Source of the DNA: Candidatus Poribacteria bacterium
GTDB taxonomy: Bacteria > Poribacteria > WGA-4E > WGA-3G
Reading direction: 5' to 3'
Assembly (NCBI GenBank): GCA_965205025.1
Contig: CBDBFU010000003.1
Location: 128,001 to 192,000, forward strand
DNA length: 64,000 bases
Notes under the pieces: model-generated
Told to the model about the DNA's origin: nothing
The model's input: the letters and a program-made list of their open reading frames with translations, nothing else
Databases searched by the model: none
Program-made: the position numbers and the translations under genes
Shown here: piece after piece, positions 63,639-64,000 of the stretch
How the letters are laid out: every line of letters starts with the position of its first letter
How positions within the stretch are numbered: position 1 is the stretch's first letter

Positions 63639-64000
63639 AAGTGTCCTTTCAGTTAATAAGTAATCTGACATTTATCAAAGTTATGGTCACACTACTAAAG
63701 ACGTTGCCTAAGAGCGTGTTGTGTTATGAAAATGCGTTTTGTTTCAAAAAGTTGCTTGATTTTTTGCTTATGAGATAGCATCCTAAGAGTTATTGACACT
63801 TTTCAGGAGGACACCTCATGGGAGCATATATTATCACATCAAGGACGTTTTTTCAATCCGCTTTGTACGCAAACGCTTTCTTTCGAGTTCCATTCAAAAG
63901 TGTTTTCAATCGTGTTAACCTTCTTGAGATACTATAGGTAAACATGAGTTTGATAATAGGTCTATGAGCTTCATTTTTACAAAAATATTACGCTCATAGA

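Overview
Bacterial chromosomal window of moderately low GC. It is most likely Candidatus Poribacteria, inferred from secreted proteins ending in a V[EN]PxxKL(A/S)xxW(G/A)xLK tail, an 'LLQNYPNPFNPETWIPYQL' C-terminal domain, a DUF1549/DUF1553 protein and a sulfatase. About 1-23.6 kb holds transport, secreted and catabolic genes: a sugar ABC ATPase, tsaE, a GT4, a repeat protein, three tandem secreted paralogs, ggt, a sulfatase and katG. About 23.7-40.9 kb is a minus-strand housekeeping block: rpsF-ssb-rpsR-rplI-dnaB-mlaEFD-radA-PIN/TRAM-ispD-ispF-cysS-two lipoproteins-dprA-accA. At 42-48 kb lie an aminotransferase, a beta-helix protein, an orphan E1-beta and hflKC. At 48.3-56.5 kb is a candidate defence island: DUF2806, a Zn-ribbon+HEPN-like protein flanked by direct repeats, DUF2971, an EcoRI-family methyltransferase coupled to a DUF262-HNH protein, an HNH remnant, REP clusters and an ISKra4-like relic. 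The window ends with tyrS, an MNT-HEPN pair, aroF-leuA and pepA. Notable non-annotated signals are an aromatic/Leu-rich leader peptide with a complete attenuator upstream of aroF-leuA, nested REP-like elements with covarying stems, a structured 5' leader before a STAS gene and an S6:S18 leader. radA, leuA and pepA carry +1 homopolymer frameshifts that are probably sequencing errors.
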